Notes: a model not told the origin generated them from the sequence alone. Positions 50,881 through 63,967 are shown, counted from the first letter of the stretch. The stretch: DNA of 64,000 nucleotides from Microthyrium microscopicum (GCA_010405405.1 MU004244.1:933895-997894); one strand, 5' to 3'. A program made the numbers and translations.

Positions 50881-53800
50881 TAAGATAATAGAGAAGTAGC
50901 TTTAGCTCTTTAGTAACTACCTATTTAATTATTATTAGTAAGCTACTTTTAGTTTATATATCCTCTTAATATTCTTTATTATAAATCTTTATAAATATAT
51001 ACTCCTTTATAGTAGGCTTATTAATAATTTATATATCTTTAAGCTTCTTCTCTTTTATTAAATTATCCTTAGTTTTAACTTCCTTAGGATTATTATAATT
51101 ACTTATTATTAATAGTTCTATAAGTCTTACTATAGGCTTTATTTTTATTTGTTTAAAATAACTTAGAAATATATATTAACGTAGTATCTTATACTATAAT
51201 ATTAAATTCTTCTTCTGTCTTAGTTTCTAAACCTTATTAAAAATGTCTACTATAGCTATAAATTTAAACTACTTTATTAGAATATAGTTTTAAAAATACT
51301 ATAAAAAGGTAACGTAAGGCTTTAGTAGTTACTCTAATAAAAGCTATTACTTTAAAATGCTAAACTGCTTCTCTATAAAAATAACTACCTATTACTAATA
51401 AGGGCCTAATTATTAAAATTAAATTAAGTCTTATTATAATATCTTTTATATCTCTATATACTAAACTATACGCATTATCTTTAGTACTAAAAATAATTAA
51501 TACTATATAATTATTCTTTTTCTATATTACTTAGTTTAAGCCTATTAGTAATAATAAAGATTAAGAGGTGATTTAAGGAGTAGTAGACTAGTATAATATA
51601 GATATCCTTACTCTAGAGGTAAAAAGTACTTAAAATAGCAATCTTGTTTACTATATATTAGTAAAGGTAAAAGTTTAGAAATTAATAATAGTATAGATCC
51701 TTAGCGTTATTAAGCGTTTTAAGGACTAGGTTATTAAGAAATAGCTTACTAATTAGGAAGTTAGCGTACCTAATAATAAAGAAGATAATCTTATTTTTAG
51801 GAAGTATTACTTAGTAGGTTAATAAGTTCTAGGTAAGTAGTAGGCGTAGTGGTTAATAATAGAGTTAGGGGGTATCTTTTTACTAACTTAAGCTTGTTCT
51901 TATTAATTTATAAGCGGTTAATTTACTAAAATCCTACTAAAGTTATGTCTATTATTATATATTTTTCTATCTTTTACTTTGCTTCTACTATTTTATATTT
52001 ATAATATATCTTATAATTATTTCTTTTATTACTTATTAAAAATAATACTTTTAACTAACGTAGAAAAGATTTAGAAAATTAAATTATTTATTATAGTGTT
52101 AGTAGTTTAGTATTAGTTATAATTAAAAACTACTCCTAAATATCTTATTTATAACTATAAATTTAAGTAAATAATAATTTTAGAAATAATTAACTACTAA
52201 TATCTAGTCTGTTTCTATTACTACTGTTCTCTATTCTAAAACTATCTATAAAAAACTATTTTTATAAAGTAGAAATATTAAATAATACTATAATTTTATT
52301 ACTATCTTTTAATAATTAAAACTACTAGTAAGAAGTTATTTATATAAAGTAAGAAGGTTAAATAATATTAGATTCCTATATCTAAGCCTCTAAAACGCTT
52401 AGTTATATTATAAAAGTTAATAAAGGTTATAAAGAGTTATAAAAAAAAAAAGTAAAGCGTAGATGTTATACTAAAGTAAGAGGTAGAAGGACTTAAGGAT
52501 TAGTATTAGTATTATAGAGAAAGTAGGTTATAAGTTAACTATAAAGAATATAATTAGAGTATAATTCTCTTTAATAGTTAGGATAGCTTATATATTTATA
52601 TAAATCTAGCTAGTTATAATTATAAGTATAAGTTATTAAATAAAGTTAAGTATTACTTATAGGAAGATAATCTAAGTACTAAGTACTATAATAATATAGT
52701 TAAGTAATATAATAAAGAAAAAGTACTATAGTAAAGAATTCTTATATATTTAAAGAAGTAAAGGAGTTTTAGTTAAGTAATATCTCTTTAGAAAATTAGG
52801 CGCTATAGGTAATTACTATCTTATATATAGCGTATCTAGTATTAATTAGTAGTAAGTCTTAAACCTATATATTAATTAGAAAGTAGTCTATACTAGTAAT
52901 AATTTATAAATTCTATCTATAACTTAGTAATATATAAAGATAATAAAAATATTAACTTATATTAGAATTTATTACGATTTAATAAAGTAAGTAATAAATA
53001 ATAGGATTAGAAGGGTTAATTATTATAATATATAAGCTATTAGGCTTATAGTAATAAAATCCTATAGTATTACTAATAACGTTACTAAGATATAAAATAA
53101 AAGGGCGAATATTAGTTAAGCTATTATTAGTATTAGGGATATTACTATAGCTTTTAAAGCTAAAGATTATATTAAGAACTAACTAGTAGTATTAAGCTTA
53201 GAAACTTAAAAAACTATACTAAGGGTTAAGAACTTGTAGATTAACTATAATAAGATAATTTAAGATTATAAAGAGTAAATAGAGTAAATAAAGTAAGTAT
53301 TAAAATAGTTAATAATATAGAAGGGTATAGAAGTAAAATATAAAGTATTATAGAAAAGTTCTTAATAAATATTATATATAAAGTAGTTTATAAAAGTAAT
53401 AGAGAAAACTAAGAATAAATAAGACTTTATAGGCGTTAGAATATATAAATACTATTACCTATTACATTTTAAAAAGTTATAATAAGAATATAATAAAAAG
53501 AACTTACTAATAAAGAGTTACTATTACTTATAATTAGACGTAGGCTAAAATATTAAACTCTCTATACTAGTACCTTTAGTATAACCTAATGCCTAATTAT
53601 AATAATAAGGCCTATAAGATTAAGATAACTATAATAGTTAGAATAGTAATAAGGAAGATATTATAGATTATAATAAATAGATAAAATAGAGCTACTATTA
53701 TAGCTAATAATATAAAGATCTAAAGATATAATCTTATACTATATTATAACTATAATAGAAAAGAATTAATATTATATTTAGATACGCTAATAAGAGTAAT

Positions 53801-55049
53801 TAGTAAGTAATAGTAACTATCTATAGTAATAGACTAGTAGAGATTAACCTATTAGGTTAATTATAATAGGTAGGTAGTAATATACTTAAGATTTATATAC
53901 TAGTATGTATAATATTAGCTAGAAGGTAGTATTTAGTATAGTCTCTTAGATTTTATAGTTTTATAGTAAAATTACGAAGTCTTATAATATTAAGGGAGTA
54001 AATAGTAAAATAATATAGCCTAATTTTTTAGTAGGTTTAATACTAAGCTACTATTTATCTAATATTTTATATTATTTAATAAAATAAAGATAGGGTTGTT
54101 TAGAATATTTATATAAACTATAGATAGTAAATATAAATAAAATATATATTATAGTTAATATATAGTAAAGCTAAATAGAAATATATAAAAAACTAATATA
54201 TTAATTATAACTAAAGAGTAATATACTACTTCTAGATTTTAGTAAGGGCTAAATATCTTCTTTAAAAATACTTATAATATATATTATTTAGATTAATATA
54301 GCATATTAATATCTTTAACTACTAAGGCTATAACTTTATAAAGATATATTTATAAATAGCTAATAATTATCTCTTATTATCTATACTATAATTATCTATA
54401 TATCTTATTATTACCTAAAGCTTTATAACTATTAAACTTTATCTCTAAATATAATCTTATTACTAGCTATTCTTAATATACTATACTTACCTTATACTTA
54501 TAATTATATAGTAACTTTATCTCTTAGTATAGTATATCCTATTAATTTAATATATATAATAATATTATACGCTATAAGTAGCTAGTAGTTCTCTCCTTAG
54601 TATTTATATTCTTAGTAATATTATCTTATATTACTAATAAATTATATTATTAATATTAAGGCTAGTATAGATAATAGCTTTATATAATACTATTAGTAAT
54701 TCTTAACTTCTCTTCCTTAATACCTAAATACTATATAACTTTAGCTATAGTAAATTAGGTATTTACTATTCTCTTCTTTAATACTAAGTAGTATACTCTT
54801 ACTATTTATCTTCCTATTAGTAAGTTCTTTACTCTAGTCTTAATATTAAGATTATATAAATCTATTCTTAGATATTAGTACTTTATTACTACTAATAAAT
54901 TACTTATTAGTATATAGTATAGATATAGAGGCTAGTTATAATAAATATATCCTAATCTAGTATTACTTAGTATAAAAGGAATATAAAATCTATTCTTTAC
55001 TTACTATTCTTTAGTACTTCTCTATCTTCCTTATTTAATACTTATCTTT

Positions 55050-55622
55050 TGTGACGCCGCAGGGCGATCCCTACCTAAACGGCTCAACTAATGCAAAAAG
55101 TACCGTAGTGTCCAAGCTCGGACACTCCGTGGGATCGCACGTACATATTCTGCACGTCTTGGGAGCCGTTACGGGCTCCCACGGCCAGCATCTCGCTGCC
55201 GTACGGAACGCTCCCGTGACATACGCTCCTCTCTTCAACAAGCCTGTCCTCAGGCGATTATATGTACGCAACTTCCAGCAACGGGCTCTCTGTCCTTTGA
55301 CGACGTCATCGTGTTCGTCACGTGACGCGAGCACTAAGCAAATCGTTATGCTTTGTAGGCTGTCCAGTTCTGTTGCCTCTGCACGAATCGAACCCGCGAC
55401 CTGCGGGATTCACAGACGACAGGGGTAGTACTGGTTGAGCTTGGACACTTTGTGACGCCGCAGGGCGATCCCTACCTAAACGGCTCAACTAATGCAAAAA
55501 GTACCGTAGTGTCCAAGCTCGGACACTCCGTGGGATCGCACGTACATATTCTGCACGTCTTGGGAGCCGTTACGGGCTCCCACGGCCAGCATCTCGCTGC
55601 CGTACGGAACGCTCCCGTGACA
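55050..55622 (-). mobile_element. Non-autonomous mini LTR retroelement (TRIM-like), 573 bp: LTRs 55050-55221 and 55451-55622, 229-bp internal region, TSD TCTTT
   Basis: Two identical 172-bp TGT...ACA direct repeats; TCTTT at 55045-55049 and 55623-55627; minus-strand PPT GAAGAGAGGAG abuts the 3' LTR. Confidence 0.92.
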
Positions 55623-55860
55623 TCTTTACTAATATATTACTTTATTACTTAAGTTAACGCTAGTTTACTATTCCTATTCTATTATTTTTTTATTTAGAAT
55701 AACTTATTCTTTAGTATCTATACTATTAATAAGTCTCTTCTTATAATATTATATTACTAGCTTTAGTAATCTACTATAATTTAATAATAACTAGGATCTA
55801 AATAGGATTTTAACTCTCTTAGTAGTCTACCTCTATATTATATCTATAAACTATAAGTTA

Positions 55861-56220
55861 AGCTACTCTCTAGTATATATTCTCTTAATCTCTCTAGTTT
55901 ATTTAGGTTAAGTTACCTTTTAGTATATATTTTCTTAATTTCTCTAGTTTATTTAGGTTAAGCTGCCCTCTAGTATATATTCTCTTAATAATATTATTAA
56001 GAGAGTTAGGACTCTATACTTTATAGCTTATTAGATTAACTCTAATTTAGTTTTAAGACTTAGAGCTATAGGACTTTATTCCTTATAAGGTGCTATCTTT
56101 ATATTATTTTTATAAATTATAGGTTAAGTTGCTATTTAGTGTATATTCTCTTAATTTCTTTAGTTTATTTAGGTTAAGTCATTATCTAATATATATTTCC
56201 TTTATCTCTTTAGTTTATTT
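55861..56220. repeat. 50-bp minisatellite (two blocks, ~4.6 units) inside the RIP'd element
   Basis: Unit ~agctactctctagtatatattctcttaatctctctagtttatttaggtta at 55861, 55911, 55961 (partial), with two further units spanning 56121-56220. Confidence 0.75.
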
Positions 56221-59109
56221 ATTAGAACTTTACTAATTCGCTTTTCTAAAAGAATATTATAAGAGGTTAGGCTCTGCTAGCTCGCTATTCTAAAAAGAAT
56301 ATTAAAAGAGCTAGGACTTTACTACTACTAGATTACTACTATTTAAAAGTAGTAATAAGATTTTTAAAACTCTTTCCTTACTAGTACGCGCCTTTACTAT
56401 ATTAAAAAATACTATCTTCTATATAAGACTCTAACTTCTATACCTTTGCTTTTATATCTCCTATATATTACTAAAGTATATAAGAGTAAAGGCTTTAGCT
56501 TATTAGCCTTATATTTAAGATGATAAGGAGTTCTATTAAGACTCTAGTATAGTAGTTAACTTCTTTTATCTAAATAGACTAAGAAACTATATAAGAAATA
56601 CTAGTTAGTAGTCCTTATTTATACTTACTATATATAGAAGTAGATAAAGACTACTTATTAGCGTAGAATAGCTAATAAGAATAAGGATAGAGAGATAAAG
56701 AATAGTAAAATATTATTTAATAGTTAGTTTATAAGATATAAAATAAACTAAACTACTATATAATATTAATATCTTATAATTATAATATATAAATTACTTA
56801 GTAGTATCTATATTACTCTAAATATTCTCTTTATAACGTAATAACTAATTATTTTATTAATAAAGCTTTACTATACTTTATATCTTATATTTCTAAAGAA
56901 ACTTATAATATATATATATATCTATTCCTTTATAATATAAACTCTTAGTAATATACCTAAACTATCTAACTATAAAGTAATTATAGCTACTAACTATAAC
57001 TATATACTCTAAAAAAGATATAAAGTTCTTAAAATTTTATTATTTATATACCTAATTCCTTTTTATCTAGGCTTTAAGAATATTAAACGTTAACTCTATT
57101 AAATTAAAATTAGAAGAGTAGGATAATAAATAGTGAATAATAAAGCCTATACCCTTTAATAGCTATTCTATACCTAAATTAGTATAAACTAAGATATTAT
57201 TAAGTACTATAATAGGTATATAATCTCTAAACTAATATTATAATATTAGTATTAGTTATATTGTAATTTAATAATAGAAATCTTTTATATTATAGTACTC
57301 TTCTTAAAATCTAGTATAAGGAAGATATCTATTAAGTATTATAATAGCTAGAATTATATATATCTTTCTATAGTTTATATTTTATATTTATTATAAGAGT
57401 TAACCTATAGGCGTATATATATGTAATCTTTAGCTATTTTACTCTTTAAAGATAAACTTATTTAGAAAGACTAAATCTTAAGCTTTAAACTATAATAAAT
57501 CCTAGTAGTATATAATATAAAGCTCTTTACTCCTATTTAGTAATAATTATATAATAGCTTTTATATTCTACTCTCTTTTCTTAAGTATTCTAAATATTAT
57601 AGACTTATTTACTAATATACTACGCTCTTATTCTAGCTAGTGAACTATTTTAGCCTATAATTACTAGCTATATAATAAAAGATATTATAATAAGGTATCC
57701 TTATTTACTAGTTTAAGTTATAAAAGCGTTTTATATAGTAGTATCTATAGTTTTTATATAGACTTATATTTTCTTATATTATATTTTTAGTACCTAATTA
57801 TTTATATTAAATAGTATATCTTCTTAATAATTCTTACTTTAGTCTAGTTATATTTAAGATATATAATAGCATAGATATAATAAGTTATATTAATATATAT
57901 TCTGCTTAGTTAATATGCCTAAGTTTATATCTAGCGCGTAGCTATAATATAAGGATCTATAATAGTATTAGTTTTAATAGTTAAAATTAGGATAGAAGGA
58001 GTAGTTATTATAATAAGCACTATATATAGAGGTAAATTAGGCTAAGAATCTAAGGCAATAAAATAATAGTTTAGTATATTTGCTTAGTAACTAGTAAGGA
58101 AAGCTATAGTTTTTAAGCTCTTAATAATATAATATACTATAAGGAATATAGCGCTTATACTTTTAATATATATAATATAGTAGATAGCAAGTAGTAGTTA
58201 ATTTACTATCTTAATCTTATTATAGTATAGATGGTTAGGGATAGTCCTTTAAAAAGGCCCGTGCATGAGATAAAAATAATTCTATACCCAACAAATCATG
58301 TAAAACCAATACCTAGATACCTTAAGAGAAATCCTCACCGTAATTTTCACGCATAATCCATCACATCTGAACACGGTTCGCTGCTAGATACGCGGCATAT
58401 TGCCAGGACTTGCAACGGACCGACAAAGTAAATGGTACCCTTCCACCTGCTACTCTTTGGAACCAGATGCTTTATTTTTCATCGAAAGTATCAAATCGTT
58501 GAAGGTGTAGACTCTTCGACTGTTAAAGCATCGGTTTCCCATCAATCACACTGGATTTCAAGGCTATCTCTCGACGTGAAGTGCGACGGGAGAAATTATG
58601 CCTGTTGGGAGCACCATATTCATCGTGCCAAGTTATCAACCAGTTGAGTGCTTGAAGAAGTCAGTGGATGGGACGCTGCAGACATATATGCAAGGTATTA
58701 GACGCAAAAGGAGCAAACTTGCGCAGCTGCAGCCTGCAGGTCAGTGGTCAAAATCGTGATTAGCATGTTTCTAAATCCTCAACAATATGGACATACAGCT
58801 GAGAAACAATTATCCATACCAGCATATGAGAGCCATCGCCATTGGGATGTGGAAGCTTGCCACCATAAGCCAAGTCAAACTGAGCAAACCAAATCGCGAC
58901 CTAATCACACATCTACAACATCTTGAAAGCTCATGCCATCGCTACATTGGATCTGCTTGTTTGCCTGTCCCATCAAACCTCCAGTGTAATGCCCAGCGAA
59001 ACCTACGAAGAAGTGTTAGCAGCAGCCTTCTATCCCTCTCCTTCTCTTCTCTATTTCTCTTCACTACAAGTGTCACCTACCACCCTTAGATCACTAACAA
59101 GCGGGCAAA

Positions 59110-59562
59110 TCAAATACCGGTTCCAGCTGTAAGCTGCGTGTTAACAAGACTTACAATTCTATCCAAAAGCTCCGTTTCCTCTCGCCGGGCCTCAACTAGC
59201 CTCTGCAAGTTCGTATCATTCCAAGCCGTCTCCTGCTCCCTCGCAGCAAACAGATCCCCTAGTGTCTGAACCTGTTCCTTCCTCAAAAGATCTCGATTCT
59301 TATACTGCGAAGGGAGCCCCTGCATTGTAATAAAGCAGGTATTCAAGTGAACAGCGAGGCGCCGACAATTGCCTTCAAGAGAATATTTCTGGGCTTCCAA
59401 GTTGCTAATTTCTCTTGCAAGCTTGAAGATTTTCGTGGCGATTCCGCCTATTAGGTCAATGTATTCAGGAGATGGTTTAGTCTTGTTGGTGTCTTGTTGA
59501 ACAAGGTTTTTCCAGCCTTGAGAGTCTGGGTCTGACTCGATCTTGATGTCCGGAGATGCCAT
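59110..59562 (-). CDS. Hypothetical helical protein (~150 aa; 3' end uncertain)
   Basis: ORF from MASPDIKIESD with heptad-like pattern; family not recognised. Confidence 0.45.
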   Translation of the reverse strand: MASPDIKIESDPDSQGWKNLVQQDTNKTKPSPEYIDLIGGIATKIFKLAREISNLEAQKYSLEGNCRRLAVHLNTCFITMQGLPSQYKNRDLLRKEQVQTLGDLFAAREQETAWNDTNLQRLVEARREETELLDRIVSLVNTQLTAGTGI

Positions 59563-60259
59563 CTTGGAACTTGGTATCTGAGCTTGGTGAATGTGATGCA
59601 AATCAAAAGAACGCGAGCGATGTCCAAGACGTGGTACCCAAAGTACCATCAGACCAAAGCCTTGCTCTTATATACCAAACATACCACACGATTCACCACA
59701 AGCACAAACAAACAGATCATCCAGACTTTGCACAAACACACAATATCAATTCCTACAATGGTCACAATGTACCTAGAGCCCACGATGCCACATAAAACCT
59801 ATTCACCAGGCCCACAAAAAACCCGCCTCCCATGCCTACGCATCAGCCAATAAAGGATATCTTCGTTGTCCACAAATCATGTAGCCGGTTTTTGTAATCT
59901 GGACACAAATTACCGCCCAGTTTGACAATATCATGTGCCATAATAATCTACAAAAGAGATAATAAAAACAAGAGCAAAGCATCAAGACAAAAATCGCCAG
60001 AACAGCCGGAAATGACAGATGCTTATGGTAACAAGTATGCGAGATTTTTGTTCCCGTGGTGAGTTGACGGGCTAAATCTTACAAGAGTAGCAATGATTTG
60101 CATGGTAAAAACTATGAGTTGTAAACGCCCATACGCGGAAGGGGAATCATGAGGTCAAATAGACCGGGAGTGAGCAAAATAACAGAGTGCGCATAAACTG
60201 TGGTCGAGGAAAGTCAAATAATGACATGTCCATTACTGGCAGTTTGAGGGAGGTGGTGA

Positions 60260-63200
60260 TCATGGAAGCGGGTCGGGTAGTTGAATGACTTGTCCACCAG
60301 CCAGCATTTCGATGCATTTCGTCAGTAGGCGACTAGCCTCGTGCAGCAGTTCCCATCTGGTCTTAGCAAATGTGTCGCGCATGAGGACTAGAAGACCTAA
60401 GCAAGCATTGCGGTTTGTGACATGTTGAAGATCATCTGGCGTGGCGACTTTGCCGACTCTGTTCAGAAAGCCTTGCATATCCTTAACAACATGGCCATAC
60501 TCGGTCAGTCCATACATTGGGGTAATTGGGCCATCTAGAGCAAATCCATAGGACCAGACAATTAACGTTGCAAAGTAGAGAACCCAGGGTCGGTTCAATA
60601 GGAAGTCGTCGCGAGCAGAATACCAGCCGGCAGAATCGCGGCCAACTTGCTGCGATGCTGGACGCTGGTGTGGCGAGCCGTGTTCGTCAGGCATCATCAC
60701 CTGGCTTAGGAAACGAAGGGCGTAGAAAGTGGCATCACGGGCTCTAGCCGTGGGTGCCCATCCTTCTTTCATCCTCCGTTGAGCTCCATTGAAGTCTTGC
60801 GGAGTTATCGATCGGCCAAGTAATCGTGTAGCGCCAGCGAATATTTGGCAATCGACGATATCGACATGCATAGCCTGTACGCTGTTAGTTGTACGATAAC
60901 ACTGTATTTATGGAAGCTGCTTACCATATGAGCCAAATGATGAAGAACAGTTCGACTTTCGAATATGTTTTCATCGTCTGGTCGTGACGTGATAGAGTAA
61001 GGAGTATGAGCCCCATCGCCAGATTTACCAATTGATTCATCCAAATCCGCTTTCCAGAAATCAAAAGCACGAGTAAGTGCTCCTCGCCACTTATCACGTC
61101 CACCAAGCGCTTGTGTTACTCCTAGCGAGGATACCTGAAGGTCTCGTTGATTCATGTGCCACGAAACGCTAAGCAGTCCGGCCATGAGAATTGTTCGTCC
61201 AAAAGAGTTTGTGCGAACCGGCTGATTATTCAAAGTTTTCTTCAATCCGTCCAGGAAAACTGTCGGCTTGATGCCATGTTGTGCCAGACTCGTTTCTACT
61301 CGACCAATCTCCGCACTGCTTGTGGCTGACCAGAGCGCCTCGTCGCATGGCAAAGGCAAGCGCATTTCATGGGCTACCATCACTGCTGAATGTCCAAACA
61401 TGGTAGCATGAATACTATCCATTACAAACGCTGCAAACGCTGCACGTCGAGTCGCCTCATTGATGATCCATTGGTTCCACCATTCATCCGAGGTATACGT
61501 ATACGCTGAAGACGACCCATTTAGAGAACCATGGCGGCTTTGGGCATTTGACCCTGGAGGTGGTGAATCTACAGGCGATCTTCCTATTAGTGAGCTTCCA
61601 CGCCTCATGAGCGTTAGTGTAGTTGCATGGTGAATGTGTGCTCTTTCGTGTAGTGGGCGTGTCGAATACATCTTTTCGAATATTTCCAAAAGAAGAAGAG
61701 CTTGGAATACCCATAATTTCGCGGGAGGTCGACTATCCTTGGCCATGAAAATCTCCCATCTCAAATGCCACGCCAAAAAGTTTGAAAGTTCAGAGCAATT
61801 TTGCGTGACTTCGTAACCATGGCGCTTTTCTAGACACGAGGCTCCAAGAGCAATGATTGCAAGCAGAAGTAATTCCGGACATTTGTTCGCCTCAAATGTA
61901 GGCTTGTGCAATATTGGCATCTGAGGATGGAAGTGTAGCCAATAAGACCCAATATAAGTCTGCATCATATTCAGACTTAAGATGTGTCTTTCGTCCTCCC
62001 GATCCCGACCTTCAAGCATATCCTCTTTTCTCTTCGTCGGCGCATGATCGTCATTGAAGCGTAGCTGAATCAAATCAAGCAATTGTTGTCGTCGTTCCTC
62101 TGACAAGGCCATCTGATGCATATTGGTGTCTATTAGATTATTGACAGCCATTGGATGCTGTGGGGGGAGTGGCTGTGTGAAATAGCCACTGACCATGGGG
62201 TCGTGAGAGAAATAAGGAGCTTGACCAAAACTGAATTGACCACCACCACTTGCTCCTGGAGGAATTGCGCTGGGTCCCCCAGGATATGCCATAGGAGAAG
62301 CATTGGGACCAAATGCTGCGTCATTAAATAGCCAAGCCGCGAAATCATCTGCCATGGCAAATGGAGAACGCTCGATGCCTTGACCACCAAATATTGGCAT
62401 TGCATACGTTGGTGTCATGCCCTCGAGCATTGGGGTATCAGATGATGAACTCATGTGTACATCTGTAGAGCCTTGCGTTTTTTCCGAGTTGGAATTGTAG
62501 TTGTGATTTTCATTCGTAGGAGCTTGGCTGATGGTGTTATAGCCTGGAGGTGGTAGAGTGGTAAGAGTCTGGAATGATTGCTGTGACTGGTAACCGGATG
62601 GGGACGGAGGGGGGTGGTTACCGCCAGCTTGTTGTGGTAGGGGTCGTGAATAGTTTTGAGCTGATTGATACGCAGAGTTAGAAGAATAATTCTGCGGATT
62701 TGAGGTCACTGAAGACGTTGGTCTTCCATAACCATCAACACCAGGTCTGCCCGGAAAACCAGGAGTATTAGGGGCATTAGGGAAGGTTGATGATCGAGAA
62801 AACTCTGTCTTTGCTGAATCTGGCGTCCGATAGCTATCGTCGCTACGAGTACGACTTAACGATACGTCCATTGAGCCAGATCGCATATTGGGGTCGATCG
62901 GAGGCACGCTTTCTGATTTTACAGTACTACTATTTGCAGCGGGAGACATTGACGAGGAAAGTGGCCTAGCTCCATTATAAGGTCCGTTTTGATATCCAGT
63001 TGGGCCCTGGGCAGCTGCAATCTTAGCCTTTTGCGCTTGAAGAACAATAGGATTAGGATGGTGCATAAAATTATCTCGTCGCAATAACTGGGATCCTCGC
63101 GCGGTGTGTCGCTCCTTGTGGCGTGCACATAGATCTTGACGCACGAATGATCGGTGGCAGTCTGGAAAATCGCAGTGATATATCTGTTTTGGATTGTCTA

Positions 63201-63967
63201 ATACAGTCAGTATGCCGACCATGATGAGCTAGAGAAATATGATTGGAGTTTTGCAATCAACTTGAACGAATCCATAGCTATTGACAAAATAGTAAATCAA
63301 TTCATCCGAGTTGCGGATTAGAAGGTGATAAGCCAAGAGACAGGATTTTTGTATGTACTATAGCATCGGTGCCGCAAAGCTTGTTACAACAATTTATATC
63401 ATGATGTATGATAGTTGAGTGAACTGGTGGTCCAAGCTGAAGTGACACCGAGGCTGGGTAAGAGATGTATTCGAAACATAGCGTGGGAAGTGTCCCACAA
63501 AGCTAGCTCTCTGACCAAGTGTCTGGGCTTCAAAGGTATGCTGAAATGTCTCAGGGAACTCGACAATGCAAGCATAAATGCAGACATGGCCAAAATCGCG
63601 CATAACCATGATCGCGAAAGAAGGGGGACTCACGATTCAACTGATGTCGATAAAGATGCTCAGCTCTTGAGTAACTTTTACCGCATCCTTCATGAGGACA
63701 TGGAAATTTCTTGTCCATCCCTTTTCTACTTCTTCGCCGCTTCTTTGAAGATCCAGGAGCTGTATTGCTATCGCCGCCTTCGCCTTGATCATCCGGGTCA
63801 TCGGTCTCGTCTTCGCGTGTTCTTCGTCGACCGCGATACGCGTCTTCTGAGCCGCCGGTAGGTGAGGCTAAAGGTTTTTCCATTTCTTCTCGCGTGGAAG
63901 CGTATGTATCGTGCGGTTGCCCAAGGTTCGAAATCACCGCCGGGCGCGTAAGAACTTGTGCCGACAT
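60260..63967 (-). CDS. C2H2 zinc-finger + fungal-specific TF domain transcription factor (yeast YPR022C/Sdd4-like); introns 63198-63633 and 60875-60924
   Basis: CPHEGCGKSYSRAEHLYRHQLNH and CDFPDCHRSFVRQDLCARHKERH fingers; YWLHFHPQMPILHKPTF, WVFQALLLLE, EATRRAAF, LPCDEALW. Confidence 0.88.

Larger units (their letters stand above)
48720..58293. mobile_element. ~9.6-kb RIP-degraded TIR element (TGT...ACA termini, ~120-bp TIRs)
   Basis: Abrupt switch to AT-rich, TpA-rich, CpA/TpG-poor sequence. Left tgttgggtatagaattattttcatcttatatatgggcctttttaaaggactatccctaac matches the reverse complement of the right end. Flanks AATT/AATC. Confidence 0.85.

Noticed and set aside
55051..55652. Duplicated ORFs MTPQGDPYLNG...
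   Set aside because: GTG-started frames running through the two LTRs; an artefact of the repeat, with no gag/pol motifs.
55861..56220. Regular repeats as a possible CRISPR array
   Set aside because: Eukaryotic context, contiguous units with no unique spacers, no cas genes.
48720..58293. AT-rich block as centromere, organellar insertion or Starship
   Set aside because: Bounded exactly by long TIRs with a RIP dinucleotide pattern; no rRNA/tRNA or mitochondrial genes and no readable tyrosine-recombinase captain.
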